Assembly: GCA_010093815.1 (NCBI GenBank)
Contig: ML996571.1
DNA from: Pseudovirgaria hyperparasitica
Taxonomy: Eukaryota
Reading direction: 5' to 3' (one strand)
Length of the DNA stretch: 64,000 bases
Shown: one piece after another, positions 25,526-38,789 of the stretch
How the letters are laid out: every line of letters starts with the position of its first letter
How positions within the stretch are numbered: position 1 is the stretch's first letter
Notes under the pieces: model-generated
The model's database searches: none
What the model was told of the DNA's origin: nothing
The model's input: the letters and a program-made list of their open reading frames with translations, nothing else
Made by a program: the position numbers and the translations under genes

Positions 25526-28299
25526 AGTGTTGATCAAACAGAGCGCCGTGATGTCGGGAAGGAGAATGGGAAAGGAGGAGAACAGAGGCACAGAAGTTGC
25601 GACCTGTGAGTTCTTTTCTACCTGCAGATTCTGGTCATGCACAACAAACAAACACCGCCTCCCTTGCTAGAAAGCCGGAATCCCAGCGACGTTTGATGAT
25701 TGCCCTTGCTAGGCACACCGCAAACGGTGGAAGGGCTCGAAAGGCGGCAAGCAGTATAAGCATTTGGACAGAGGTGCGAAAGAAGGATAACTTTCGTTGC
25801 TACTAAGCCTAGGTAAGCTCTCTATATATACTATACCGAGATCAGTTATATAGACTAGTAATATTTTTCAGTTGTATGAGACAGGTCACTAAATATGAGT
25901 AGTATGACAAGCAGATTAGTGCATCATTCTATGCCGTTAAGGCTGCATTCAGGTGCAACGTAGAAATACGCTGTGTTGGATCTGTGTTGTCGGCAAGACG
26001 AGAGCGATGATAAGAGAACGTCCGATACACACGGAGGTGTTGATGCTATATACCAGAGATGGATGGCAGGAAGACGACGTGCCGTTATTGGAAGGCGAAG
26101 TGCAATTCCTATCATGTCATGTCATCCGACGCCATCTCGTCTTTGGTGTATCACGTGGATGCCCCGATTATAGGATCTTCATGGAGGAGCGCAGTACAGC
26201 ATCTGGATATGAGGTTTGAGAAGTATAGCTTCAATTGAGTGAATTCTCCAGCTAGCAAGAGTTGTCAAGCAGGCTGAGAGGCGAGAACCCCGAAGTATTA
26301 GATGAAACATACACGTGACCCGGGATAAACTGTACATCCCGTGACTTGAAAGAAAAATACATTACAACCACACCCGGTCGCAGCTATGAGTTCTTGAAAC
26401 GGCACAAGGTGTTACAACTCGGATTCTGGCTGGGTATGAGATCTAGACTGCGCCTCACCGCTTCCAATAATTTGGCTTGGCAACCGTAGCGGATGTACTA
26501 CGTAACCGCCTACACCTACTCTACCTTTACAGCGCAACTGGGTACTAGTACAATGTGGCTCCACGTGTAATAGCAGTCTCGTTTCCTCCATGTCTCTGGC
26601 TTCATATCACTGAGATGTTGTTATAACTGCGTCCAATCCAGCCGCGTTGTTTCGGATCGTCTCATAATTGAATATGCGGCCATCTAAAGTATCTGCCGCA
26701 CGCATTTTTTTTCAGTTTATGCCTCCTCGAGAGCGCATTCAGTCAGTGGTCGACGATATTTGTATCGCTTACTATACTTGATGACGGCAAACGGCATCCC
26801 CGAACCTGGGATCGCATCCCAGCTCGACACGAGGTAACATGGCAGACTCAATTACTTTATATCTCGAATTCTCAGCAGCGTACGGCGGTAAAGGATAGGA
26901 TCATGACCGCGCTTATGTTCTGCTGCGGACTCGCAGTATCCTCAAAAAGTCAGAAGGTTGAGGAGGGTTTCCATTGTCAGGGTCTGATATAGGACGCCCG
27001 TCACCATGCACATGATCCGTCGTACCCTGCACGGTGGATGCGCCGCTGCTTACGGTACACGATGCGAAACATGGGCTCTTCCCAAAGTACATCCTTACGA
27101 TGTCACGATACCGGCCAGAGCAAGAACTCACAAAAATAGTGTTCGTGAGATTCGAGTTAGCTCCTGCTAGCATGTCATCCTGCTTATGGTTGTCCACACA
27201 ACACAGCTTCCTTTATGGCTTACAATTTTTGGCAATTACGAACCTAGGATCCTCAGACGCAAGGTTGTATTGGCACGAAATTCATCTGCATATTCCCAAA
27301 GCAGTCGTATTACCTCGTGATCAACGCTATACATCTCGCACTGCATTAGTGTATGGGTGGTTTTCATTGGTCTAGAAGGAAGAAACATGGCGACAACCTG
27401 TATTCGTGCTGTGAAAGCTGAACGCAAACGGGAATGGGAGTCTGAAACGCGACTATCAATACTCCGATGTTGAGGACATGGTAAGAGGCTGTGGGCGCGA
27501 AGTATTTTTATCAGAACGAGTAAGCAGCTTCTCCTTGCTTCACCCTTACGAAAGTCATCATAGCCGATTGCTGTACACCATACCGCTGATCTACACAGCA
27601 CGCACCCCTGACCGTATAGACGCCTCGAGCGAGGGTGATCATTCGCCTCCGTTTATTCCAGATACCACGAGCAAGAGATGCAAATAATCTAGAGCACACA
27701 CTTCAGGGTCATGGCTGACAGTGCCAAGGCCGTCAGATATCGAATTTGCATAACGACAGACAACATCATAATCACTTCACTTCAGCTATAATCCTGTAAT
27801 CGGAATGGTACTTAAGTTGTAGTACAACTGGTCTTCGCTGCATCCTTTACCAGGCTCTTGAGAGGTTGAGCAGACTGACTACGCTACGCTCCGTTATGCG
27901 CAGCTACCTGTAGCCAATAACGAACAAAACCATGTCGCGCGAGCAACACCGCATCAGAATGACACCTCAGCCCTATGTGTGAATGATCCTGGCTACGCTG
28001 TTGTAATGCCCTCGGCGGATAACGCCCTGAAAATAGCCTGGAACACAATTACTCTCTATTCTAGCATTTTCTTTCGGTTGCGGCTTACTGTGATCACTGT
28101 CCGCGTGCAGCATGGGTCCAACGATGGCCTGAATCCAAGGATAAAGATAGACGACTCCTTCGGAAGTAGGCATTAAATGCGAGCAACAAAGTTGCATTTT
28201 CCTTTCTGTGGGCTACAATCGATCTTGTGACGGCGAAGAGCTTTAACTTATCATTACCAGTTGTATATATTCATATTTCGTGCCTTATCGTTCTCCAGC

Positions 28300-30483
28300 A
28301 TGTCTTTCCAACCTCTCTGCATACTTCTTCTCCTAAGGATAGTTCTTGTCAGTGCAGCTGGAGCTGCGATCGCCCGCAATGGTTGGACAATCACTGCAGA
28401 CAACTCACACGCGGGAAATGGCCCAGAACTGGCGATCTACGGCAGGACAGACACATTCTATCACTCGGAATACGTACCTAACTCGCCACTTCCACACGTC
28501 GTGGTTGTAGACATGAAGCAACAACATCCCGTGAATGGCATTAGCTATCAGCCTCGCCAAGACAACTTCAACAATGGTATGTTGATACTCAAAACATGGT
28601 CATGAACTGTTCTAAATCATGACCCAGGCAATGTTGGGCAGCACATCATCGAATTGAGTATTGATGGAAAATCATGGACAGCTCCAGTCGCGTTGGGGAC
28701 ATATTTCAACGATAAGACCACAAAGGTAACAAGTTTTGTCACAAGATCGGCTCGCTACGTGAAGTTCACCGCTGTCACGGAAGCACAGAATCCCAACAAT
28801 CCCTGGACCAGCATCGCGGAGCTTAATATTCTCTCCCCTGGGGAACAAGCAGTCCAGGCACCTGACCCGAGGCTCGGTCTATGGATGCATACTATCGACT
28901 TCCCTCTTGTTCCTGTTGCTGCTGCCCAGATGTATGACACAGGGGAGATCCTTGTCTGGTCCTCCAGTGGCCGCGAGAATTTCCCCTTCCCGTCCCCTGT
29001 CACTGGCCAGACTTGGGTAACGCTATGGTCACCAACGACAAATGCAATGACGCAGCGTATAGTTGTTGAGACAGAGCACGACATGTTCTGCCCCGGAATC
29101 TCGATGGACGCTGCTGGGCGGTATATCGTCACTGGAGGCGACAGCGCTACGACTACTAGTATTTTCGATCCCACCTCCAATCAGTGGAAACGAGGCGCTC
29201 CTATGAACGTTCCTCGCGGCTACCAATCCACTACGCTTCTTTCTGACGGTCGCCTATTTACTTTGGGTGGCTCCTTCAGTGGACATGACGAAATTGTTCG
29301 AGAAAGAAAATTTGGAGAAGTTTATGACGTTGTCGGAGATAAATGGACAGAGCTACCAGGGTGTATACCGGAGCCAATCTATACAAAGGACAAACTTGGC
29401 CAGTACCGTCAAGATAATCACCCCTGGATGTTCCGCTGGAAGCAGACCTCAATTTTTATTGCCGGGCCTGCCTCGGCAATGAACTGGTACGGGGTTGGCA
29501 ATGGTGGTACCCAAAAAGCCGCAGGAATTCGTGGTGAGGATCCTGATGCGATGTGCGGTATTGCTGTCATGTATGACGCTCCCGCGGGTAAAATATTTGT
29601 CTCTGGGGGTGCAGTAAACTACGACGAAGAAATCGCCTCATCCAACGCCCACGTGATTACTCTCGATCAACCAAATGTAAATCCTCGCGTGGACGCCATC
29701 GGACGCATGAACTTCCCGCGAATATTTCACAACGGTGTTGCTCTGCCAGATGGAACTACTTTGATACTTGGTGGCAACACAATTGGCCACTTGTTCAGCG
29801 ATCGCGACGCTGTCCTTGTCCCTGAGCTCTGGGACCCTCGAACTGGACAGTACACACGACTGAATCCCCATGCTACCGCTCGTAACTACCATTCAATTGC
29901 CGTCCTCCTCTTCGATGGGACAGTGTTACATGCCGGTGGTGGCCTTTGCGGCGACGGGTGTGACCAAAACCATAACGACGGCGAGGTTTTTGTGCCGCCG
30001 TACCTACTCAACTCCAACGGCTCCCTCCGCCAACGACCCGTAATCACATCTATCAGTGCGGAAAGTGTTAACGTGGGCGGCACCCTAACCATCAAAACGG
30101 ACGTTCCGACATCGAACCTTGCGCTCATGCGTTTGACATCCGTCACGCATACCGTCAACACCGATCAGCGGAGGATTCCTTTTGATGGCTTGGTAGTTGG
30201 CACTTCACACACTATAAAAGTACCCACTGACTCAGGGATCGCGTTACCTGGATACTATATGCTTTTTGCAATGAAGGCGGATCGCACGCCTAGTATTGCG
30301 AAGATCATTCGTGTGACATTACCCGCGACAAGGACTTTCAACTTGCTTACAGTTCCAGATCAGCAAGTTCTTGCGACAGTGCCGGAACCTGACCAGAGGA
30401 GCAATGTACAAAACCTGCGGGGTGGTAAGACTGGGTTAGAGTTCGCGCCACTATCGTTCAACTATACGCAGGCGCAAGTATAA
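28300..30483 (+). CDS. Secreted AA5_2 copper radical oxidase (galactose oxidase family): signal peptide, CBM32, kelch propeller, C-terminal Ig-like domain
   Basis: Signal peptide MSFQPLCILLLL and an intron at 28577-28627. Catalytic motifs HDMFCPG (crosslink Cys), RGYQS (Tyr), RNYHS (Tyr-His) and THTVNTDQRRI (His), plus ALPGYYMLF. Confidence 0.93.
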
Positions 30484-32196
30484 TTTTAAGATCGCGCAAA
30501 AAGTTGAAGTAATCAGCGACGTTCACATTAGAGCCTGGTGTTGGGCGTTGTACGGTGGGATATACAGAGTGTTACGTCTCCTTTTTTGATCGTCTATTTT
30601 TCAACAGATCGCTAGGCACTCGATGCATGTGAGCCCAGAGCAATCGTAACTACAAGCATTCATTTAGACTAGTAGAGTCAGATCTCCGGTCCAAATTACG
30701 ATTAAGACTGACATTTCCCCAATACATTAATGATAGTGATAGCGAGTTGCAGCATACCGCTCTCCAGTGCAATTGACAATTATGCGCCAAGCCTAGTTCC
30801 TCTGATGTCAAAGTTAGGTAGCACAACATCAAGCTTTGAGTTCCTGATAAGCCCGGAATATGTAAAATACTTTGAGTACGATACTGGTTGCGATATCAAC
30901 AACTATTAAAGATCTGGATATGTTGACGTGAATGATAACCTGTAGACAGTAGACCTACGAACTTATAGCTCATTCATGATGTGGTGGACGGCTGCGGTCA
31001 CGATGCTGAATGCACGCAGATGGTGTTCATTCAATGACCACATACAAAACAACGGTCTTGACCAATTTTTCGTGGCTACATTGACTGAATTCCTTGCTAT
31101 CAAGTAAGGGAGCTCTCTGCCGAAGCGCCACGATGGCGTACACTATCCTGGTTAATTTATGTGTTAGCTTTCGCTACGAGAATGCAACGTGATGCCTTGG
31201 AGAGGCCCTGCATTGTGGCGATGGGAAAATAAATGGTTTGGGGCCATTTGATCGAAATCATCACGCAAGGTTGGGTAATAGGAGTTCTAAATTCCAATGG
31301 TGTGAAAGTAGAAAATAAGGGTTCTCCAACGTCGGCGAATTAAGCTCATACCATAGCTCATGGAAGAGGGAACTATAAGCCAGGCAGACTCCAGGCGTTC
31401 CCGTTCTCTCCACCTGTGACAGCGCTTCTTCCGTGCAAATAACTCTCGCCTTGTTCGAGCTACGTCGCTGGAACGAGGAAGAAGGCAGCCGTTTCCAAGT
31501 GGAGGCTGTGCTGTGCTCTGCCTTACACCATTCTGAGTCCCGAAAGAAAGGTCTTTGGCGATCATGAATCATGGTTCTGAAGAACAGTGGAGATTTGCCG
31601 TTTCCAGCCATCGAACATTCCATGCTTGTTCTTTGAACTGGGATTCTGTCGAAGGGAGACACAGCCACAACCCAATCAAGCCGTTGTGGCGGTAGTGGCT
31701 TAAGGTATGACAACAACGATCTTTGCGTTCCTTCGTCACGCCTCGCTTGGAAGCTCTTGTTGAAGGATAACTATCGGCTTGGACGGCATGAAACGTGGTG
31801 CTATGATTCGTGCAATGGCGAAAAATTCATGAAAGTCAGCAAGTCCACTACTTCTGATTGGCGACTAGATGACTAAGGACTCACACGCTAGGCACTCAGC
31901 CTTGCTTGGCGGGCATCATAGCATTCCATTCCCAGTCGCCCCGCCTCCGGATCTAATCCTGCCTAGGCAGTTTCAATCCTAGTTAGCGACCGGAACAACC
32001 TAGGTAGAACAGCAGAGGTATATAGACGTGGGCAACGCTCGTTGCTACACGTCGTTTACAGTTGCATCATCTTTGAATGCAAACGCCTTCTGTTAATTAT
32101 TTGCGAAACCATATTACTCACTCTCGGCGTCACCAGGTCTGAATTGCACGACGCTTTCTACCGCATATCGATATACCTTGTTCACATATCAATAAT

Positions 32197-33064
32197 ATGA
32201 AGTTCTCCAACGCTCTCACCTTCGCCCTCGCGGCCACTTCCTCGGTCAACGCGCTTTCGATACCAGACACCGAAGATTCTGCATCTCTGGTGTTACGCGA
32301 TGTTCAGCGCGTTGCGCAGTCTTTTGAAGAATACCACCCAGCTCCAGAACTCTCTAAGCGCAAGGGCGGCGGTGGCGGAGGGGGCGGAGGTCGTGGCGGA
32401 GGCGGCGGTGGCGGTAAGTTGAATACACACCGATATCCCAACGGCACTTCTCTGACATATCTACTCAGGTGGAGGAAAAGGCGGATCTGGAGGCGGTGGA
32501 CGGACCTCATCTTCATCCAATGTCGGCGGGCAAACACGCTCTGGCACCGGCACCCCACGCGCATATGGCAACGGAGGCTATTACGGCGGTGGTGCTGCGA
32601 TCCCATACCAGTCCTCCGCGCGTAGTCCTAAGGGTATTCTCGGGGTGTTCATCGGCGGCGCGGCACTGAGCGCGCTGTTCGTTGGCACGTTCGCGTATGG
32701 CGCATACATGTATCCATATGGCAGCAGGTACACGTTCCGCAACGTCAGCGCAGGACAGAACGGCACGACCACATTGCCGGTAAAGTGCATATGTGCCGCG
32801 TTCCTCAGCTGCGGGTGTGATGAGAATACGGACCAGACATACATCAACAGTTTGGTTGGAGACGGGGATTATAACAAGCTGAACAAGACCCTGGTGCAAG
32901 TCACAGAGCCAAATGGAACGAGGACGCTGGCTATCAATGGCACGCTGGCTAATGGCACAACTGCGCCGGGTGGTGTGGATGATGCTGGCGGTCGCAACGC
33001 GCCGCTTGAACAAGCCGGGCTGTTGATTCTTGGTGCTGCTATGAGCTATGCGCTCCTTGCTTAA
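32197..33064 (+). CDS. Glycine-rich secreted/membrane protein, possibly GPI-anchored
   Basis: Signal peptide, KRK processing site, poly-Gly tract, intron at ~32414-32468, YYGGGA motif, internal hydrophobic segment, CxC....CGCD, NGTLANGTTAPG and a hydrophobic C-terminus. Confidence 0.8.
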
Positions 33065-34949
33065 GGAATTGCTATCGTATTTTCAAAGGGCCGTTCTGCA
33101 GATGTTGGCGAGGAGAACTTTCATTTAACGGACTTGTTTTCGTGATACCCAATTAATGTATTAGAGGATCAGATGGATACCTATAAGACTTCAATAATAT
33201 TGCCACCACGACCGTATATTTTATGTGTTAAGAGTGCGGTAGTGATATGGAACCCTTGATCGCAACGAGTTTTCCATTTCGTTTATACATTCTAAGCACT
33301 GGCCAAGCCTATACTAGGTCTCATTGTACCGTCCAGCAATCAATTCTGCACATCGAGGTAGAGAGTAGAACGCCTAGAGAAGGCAGCACTCTTTTTGAAG
33401 CTGAAGAAAGATCAGACCGTGTGCCACTTACATCACCGACGTGATTTCGAAGAACGATGCACAACCTCTCCCACGTGTGGCGTGGTGAAGTGTGATCACA
33501 GGACAGCCACAGCCCTAGCGGGCATAAGGCTGCCTGGCAGTCTCACACCGGCAATTGTTTCTCAACACCAATGAGGCTTTGGAACGTGCGCGGAGGCAGC
33601 GTCTAGCGGCTCTGGCGAGCATGAAACATGATGCGCCGAGTCGTCATGCTGCAAGTCAAGGGTCGATCTGAGCATCTCAGCCTGTCGAATCCCGGTGCTC
33701 TCATGCAGCCCTACCAGGTACGCTGATGAAGGGGTTGTGATTCTTGCGTCAGCCGTCTTAATCTATGAAGACAGGATCGATGCGCGCAGGAGCTGCCTGG
33801 AGGTGAGGAGATTGAAGGTATAGGGGCGGCGTGATGGGACGAAATTTCGGTGTAGGAGGGAGGAGTTGCTGCGTTGTGTTGGTGGTAGGGATCAATCTAG
33901 TAATACGTACCCGAGTTAGGTTCGCGACGGAAAAGCCACTCTCCTTTGGGGCTAGCGCCGTTCTCTCGAATGAATCCTGAGCAATGACCACGAGTTCTAT
34001 CTACCACTAAGGTGCCGAATTTACAAGAGTACTGCCTCTGATATGAGAGGGCTTCTCATTAACGCCCATCATTGTTCTTGTTCCTGCAAGAACGGCAACT
34101 TTCACCACAGCAATCTTCATGTTAGTTTCAAGTCATCGAGTAAAATACTGCGCCTCCAACGTGCCCTTGCGCTGTATTCTTCACGGCTATTTCTGAGCCT
34201 CTCCAGACTCTCTACACAAGCTAACAAGTACCGCCACACTGTATCTCTAGTCCCCATGATGCCTTTAGTTGAAATGTACGGACGCCTACAACTTGCATAG
34301 AATGTACTTCGAGTAATTTGCATGATCTCCTGCCCCATACTTCTCGAGACGTTGTCCTAGAATCCGTCGCCTTCGTGGGGGTTATCACATTCTTTAGGCT
34401 ACGAACTACATCCCAGCTTATGGATATGAGTCTACTTTCACGAAATAACGGTCTGACTGCCGCACAACGGCACCCTACCCGGGTATTGTTGTGCCGTCTA
34501 CAGGTCCAGCTTTACACCTCGCCGTACTGCGTCCTTCACTTGTTCTAGGCACTCCAACAACACACATGGCACGGAATATGCTATTCTCGACTCACCTGGC
34601 TGTTGTTGCCCTGGCTGATGCGGCAAAGTTTTGCACACTTCTATATCTATGGTACCATCACTCGCTGATGTTGAATTTCTAGATTCTGTATCTCACAAAC
34701 ACAGCCAAACATCCTCACCGCTGCTCGCCAATTTGGATTTATAAGTACATCCAGTCTCACTGATTCAAGAAGACATTTTTTCACCTTGACTATCAGTTCC
34801 TCCTCCGTTCAATATACTCATTCCATATCTATCAATCGTCGACTCGTCAATATCAGATTCAAATCGGACTACCATTGCTCAATACATTTCCACTCGATAC
34901 ATCTTCGACAACATCACTTCTTCCTTACTCGACTCCCGCCGCCAAAGAA

Positions 34950-35114
34950 ATGTGTTATCTAGTCGTTGAGCGCTTCTCGGTCTGCCGGTGTGTGCACGTT
35001 AAACACGCGGTAGACCCATGCCCATTGGTTGGGCGCCCTGGCCACTATGCGGAGGAGAGGACTGTACTTGTCGGCTACCTCTGTCACAGTCACTCGGCCT
35101 CATATGCCTACTAG
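34950..35114 (+). CDS. 54-aa Cys/His-rich microprotein (MCYLVVERFSVCRC...TVLVGYLCHSH)
   Basis: Good ATG context (GCCGCCAAAGAAATG), an upstream TATAAGTA (~34740) and a pyrimidine-rich leader. Resembles a small uncharacterised ascomycete family as recalled. Confidence 0.65.
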   Translation: MCYLVVERFSVCRCVHVKHAVDPCPLVGRPGHYAEERTVLVGYLCHSHSASYAY

Positions 35115-36714
35115 GCGTCAAGCTCAGGCCAAAGAGCCTCACCAGACTCCTGATACTCAGCCGGACATCGGTAGATACACCGCGGTAGCTTGTACAATCA
35201 GCCATTTCAATGTGGTAGTGAGTCCCTTGGCTATATCTGATCTGGTCTCTGGGGATTTTCGGGCCGGACTATCCGTTGAGGAGACGCAGCACGATGTTTG
35301 AAATGGGTGGCGTCGCAAATGCATCCAACTACGACTTTACGTTTCCAGAGTCGAATACGAGTACCCTTCGAGTCTCATTCTTGTATATATCTTTGTTCTC
35401 ACTTGACTACTCTCGTTACGTATCAGCTAGTACTTAAATTCGTGGTTCACAGGCTCAACACCTCTTCAATGTATCAGAAATAGACGGAAATCTAGAATTT
35501 GTTCATTTCAGTACGCTCGAGTATTTTCTCCTCAGGTATTGTTTTTCTAACGTTATCTTGACATCTTGTTCTCCCATCTTCCGCTACGACATCTCGTGGT
35601 CTAGTGTTCGTCTTCAATCACACATTCATTTCTATACCATAAACTGGTATATAGCAATTTGATTACCTGTGGTCGATGTTACATGTAGACTTTAGAATTC
35701 GTTGGCTAATAGCACAGATGTTTCAAGAATCGTCTTACAAACAGAATAATGTCGTAGAATCGCTTGACTTTGTACTGTAGACTGTGTCATTAGAAACCAG
35801 ACAGCCTAATGCAGACAGTCGTCGCCTAAATACAATTACATAGTCCCTTTCCATGTGATATCTAACCCTTTCCGTCACGTTGGCTATACGCTTACTTATC
35901 TATGATATTTCTCCCACCCACCATTCCAACTACGACCATGCGCCGCAAACTCGCGATTTCACACGACAGGTTGCACTCTGGGACCATGCCGTCGAAGTGA
36001 GTTTGAGTTGTATACATATCAGTGACTTCGACGAGATAGATAATTTCCTGATATCCTGGATACGTGCAGAGAAGTAGAGAGCAGAAAGACAGGACGCTGT
36101 ATCTGGTGTTTCCTCATTGCAAAAGTCCTGCGCAAAGGGAACTCAGAGTCTATTTCTCCCTTGTAGCTGTCTGTGCCCAGATCGCAATCTGCCAATACTG
36201 GTCTGCTGATATACTCTAAGGTCCACGTACAACCAGCTGACCAGCCATGTTCCAATGGACTGCAACGCATGTGTGTCTGCTCTCATTTTCTTGAATATTG
36301 CCATCTGAATCCGGTGGTATCTGGGCAACCTCTCGTATAACTACTAAACTACCACGGTGACAACGTGTCAGCTCCCCAGCTATTTCTAATATACTTTTGT
36401 TAGCCCGACTACATAAATACACACATACATACGCCACACATCACACTATGATCCCCTCGATCACGTCTCTGAATCACATGCTAGCTAGCTTTAGGCAGGA
36501 GGGAAGCAGGGGGCTAGCTATTCGACTTTGGCACACATTTTCCTTCACCGCTCTGGGCGATACAGTCAGCACATAATCCCTCCCCTGTCCCTGGATATAA
36601 CGCTGTTGTTATATAAGCCGGATGGCATGGATGATGGATCTGCAGTCAAAGGCGCGTGATCACTTGTTGCGGCGGAGCATATTGGAAAAAGAAAAGATCT
36701 CATAATGCGAAGTG

Positions 36715-37400
36715 TATTGATAGTTTATAAAGTAGTAGAGCGACCAGCAGAACAAATACGATTGTTTTATATTCATCCATACTAGATAAGCAATAGAAAC
36801 AAAAATTCTAAAACCTTTACATATTTAGATTATAGAAAGTGGTAAATAAGTGCTTAGCGAATGTATGTGGACCACTGTTAGGGAATGCTTTCACTGACAT
36901 ACTACATCATACATATAATGTCGACAGAGAGAGAGAAATAAGATACAAAATAGAGGAAAAAACTATAACTTAGATTTTCCAAAGCGTATGAACTGCCCAT
37001 GCTAGGTTTTGCATTCTGTTCCTAGAAAAGCATATACGAAAGGCCATGTATAAGTAATGGAAAGAATAAAACATGAGTCAGATTTTATATGTGCATACTG
37101 AACATAGAAGTCACGAGGAAAGTAGATATATATATGAATCATTTCGACATAATTAGATCATCATATATATGATAAACTCATGTTCTAATAAGACTGTCTA
37201 TATCTAGAATATATCTCCTTAAAACAATACTAGAATATATACGTAGAGTATACAAGCGGCGTGTAGAAAAGGAAACGATTTGTGAATAGAGCCGGTGGAA
37301 GGACGCAGTAAAAAGATAGGAGGGTAGTGCATATATACGGAATGATACATACACATATAGAATACATATGATGGCGAAGTACTGGCGTAGTGAAGTAGTT
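36715..37400. other. AT-rich, TpA-rich noncoding tract downstream of the esdC-like gene (long 3' UTR and/or RIP)
   Basis: A/G-rich plus strand (U/C-rich on the esdC sense strand), abundant TA dinucleotides and only spurious ORFs. Confidence 0.4.
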
Positions 37401-38009
37401 AAGATAAGGCCAGAGTGAAGTGTGAATACGAGGGGAGTCACGAGGGCACAAGTCACAAATGGGCCGAGCGCAGAGACATAATTCATAATCGTCATCAAGA
37501 CCTGGCGAAGTCTGCAGCCGCAATCACAGGTCGCTCGCTAGACTTCGTGGTCGTCAATTGCCATACCATACCATGCCATGCTATGCTATAATATGCTACA
37601 TGTACATATCCAGTTGCAGGACTCGCTCCTCCTGTGTCATTTGCGAGTGCAACGTGTTTGCGGGTGGGATTAATCAACAACAACACCGGACAGCACCACA
37701 AGCCCACGACCAGCGTGACGTGCGTAGTGTGCTGTATGAACGGTGAGACTTCGTAATATATACATGGAGAAAAGAAAAGATCACGATCCTGCTGCGGATC
37801 CTGACGATGCGTCAAGGACCACGTTGGGACGCATTCGGGCCTAATGAGTGTGCAATGGCGCGGGGTGCGCGTGTTGTTGCCATACTGTCTCCGAGTGGAG
37901 ACCGTTGTCTAGCGACAGGACTCAGGTCGAACGAGTGTGTGCGGGAATGCAAGATATACGAGAAAGGCTCGCGGAGCAGGAATGTAGTGTACGTGGGCGT
38001 GAAGCGGGA

Positions 38010-38789
38010 TCAGCGTCGCACAACAATACCTTGCCTGCGCGTGGTCTTGGCCTTGTAGTATTCCTCGTCCTCGCTTGAGCACTCGCTGCCATCAGAGAAT
38101 CCACAACGAGCACCGCCACAGTCGAGCTTGACGCGGTCACCAGCGCGGGTGATGCCGTAGCGCTCACATGTGCAGCACGAGCTGGTGCTACTGACGGACG
38201 ATGGTGACGAGCTGTTTGAGCTGCGCGATGTGAGGGATGGCACGTCAGAGTCTGCATCGGAGTCGGAGTCCTCCTCGCTGCTCTCTTCGATTGTGGCCCG
38301 CGAAAAGCGCGATGTCAGGGCCTCTAGCGTCGCAGGGGAGTAGTTCTGCTGGACGACCTCACGGGTCTCGTACGGCTTCATAGGTCGCGGAGATTGAATT
38401 TTGCTGGGCGACAAGGCGCGACCCTTGGGAATGTCGAGCGAGACGCGACGGGAGTGACGCTTGGAAGAGCGGGAAGCAGACTGTGACGAGGTCTTGCCAG
38501 CAGGAATGTCGAGGATATTCAGCTGACGGCCGGTGGTGGGCTCGGTGGTATATTCCTGTGCGGGATCGTGTGAGACATGGTAGCCGTCGATGATGTAGTA
38601 GTACCAGTAGCGCTGGCCCTGTTGGAGCATGGAGCCTTGAAAGCGGAACGTGCCTTTCCAGGCGCCTGCTTTGGCAGAGTCCTTGCTGAGTGGGAGCTGG
38701 CCATTGTAGTTGTCCCAGGAGCCAAGTAGATGGACAGTCTTGCAGTTTGCAGACGTACGGAGAGTGAAGTTGAGCTGGATCGCGGCCAT
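38010..38789 (-). CDS. esdC: EsdC-like early sexual development protein with an N-terminal AMPK-beta/CBM48-type glycogen-binding domain
   Basis: TVHLLGSWDNY...RYWYYYIIDGYHVSHDP...EPTTGRQLNILD, a Ser/Asp-rich tail and CTCERYGITRAGDRVKLDCGGARCG. 259 aa with strong codon bias. Confidence 0.82.
   Translation of the reverse strand: MAAIQLNFTLRTSANCKTVHLLGSWDNYNGQLPLSKDSAKAGAWKGTFRFQGSMLQQGQRYWYYYIIDGYHVSHDPAQEYTTEPTTGRQLNILDIPAGKTSSQSASRSSKRHSRRVSLDIPKGRALSPSKIQSPRPMKPYETREVVQQNYSPATLEALTSRFSRATIEESSEEDSDSDADSDVPSLTSRSSNSSSPSSVSSTSSCCTCERYGITRAGDRVKLDCGGARCGFSDGSECSSEDEEYYKAKTTRRQGIVVRR

Noticed and set aside
26200..28200. Several 60-120 aa ORFs between the RRM and AA5 genes
   Set aside because: Overlapping on both strands, with no motifs or consistent splice structure.
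31261..31716. 151-aa minus-strand ORF
   Set aside because: Non-ATG start and no recognisable domain; cannot be supported without a search.
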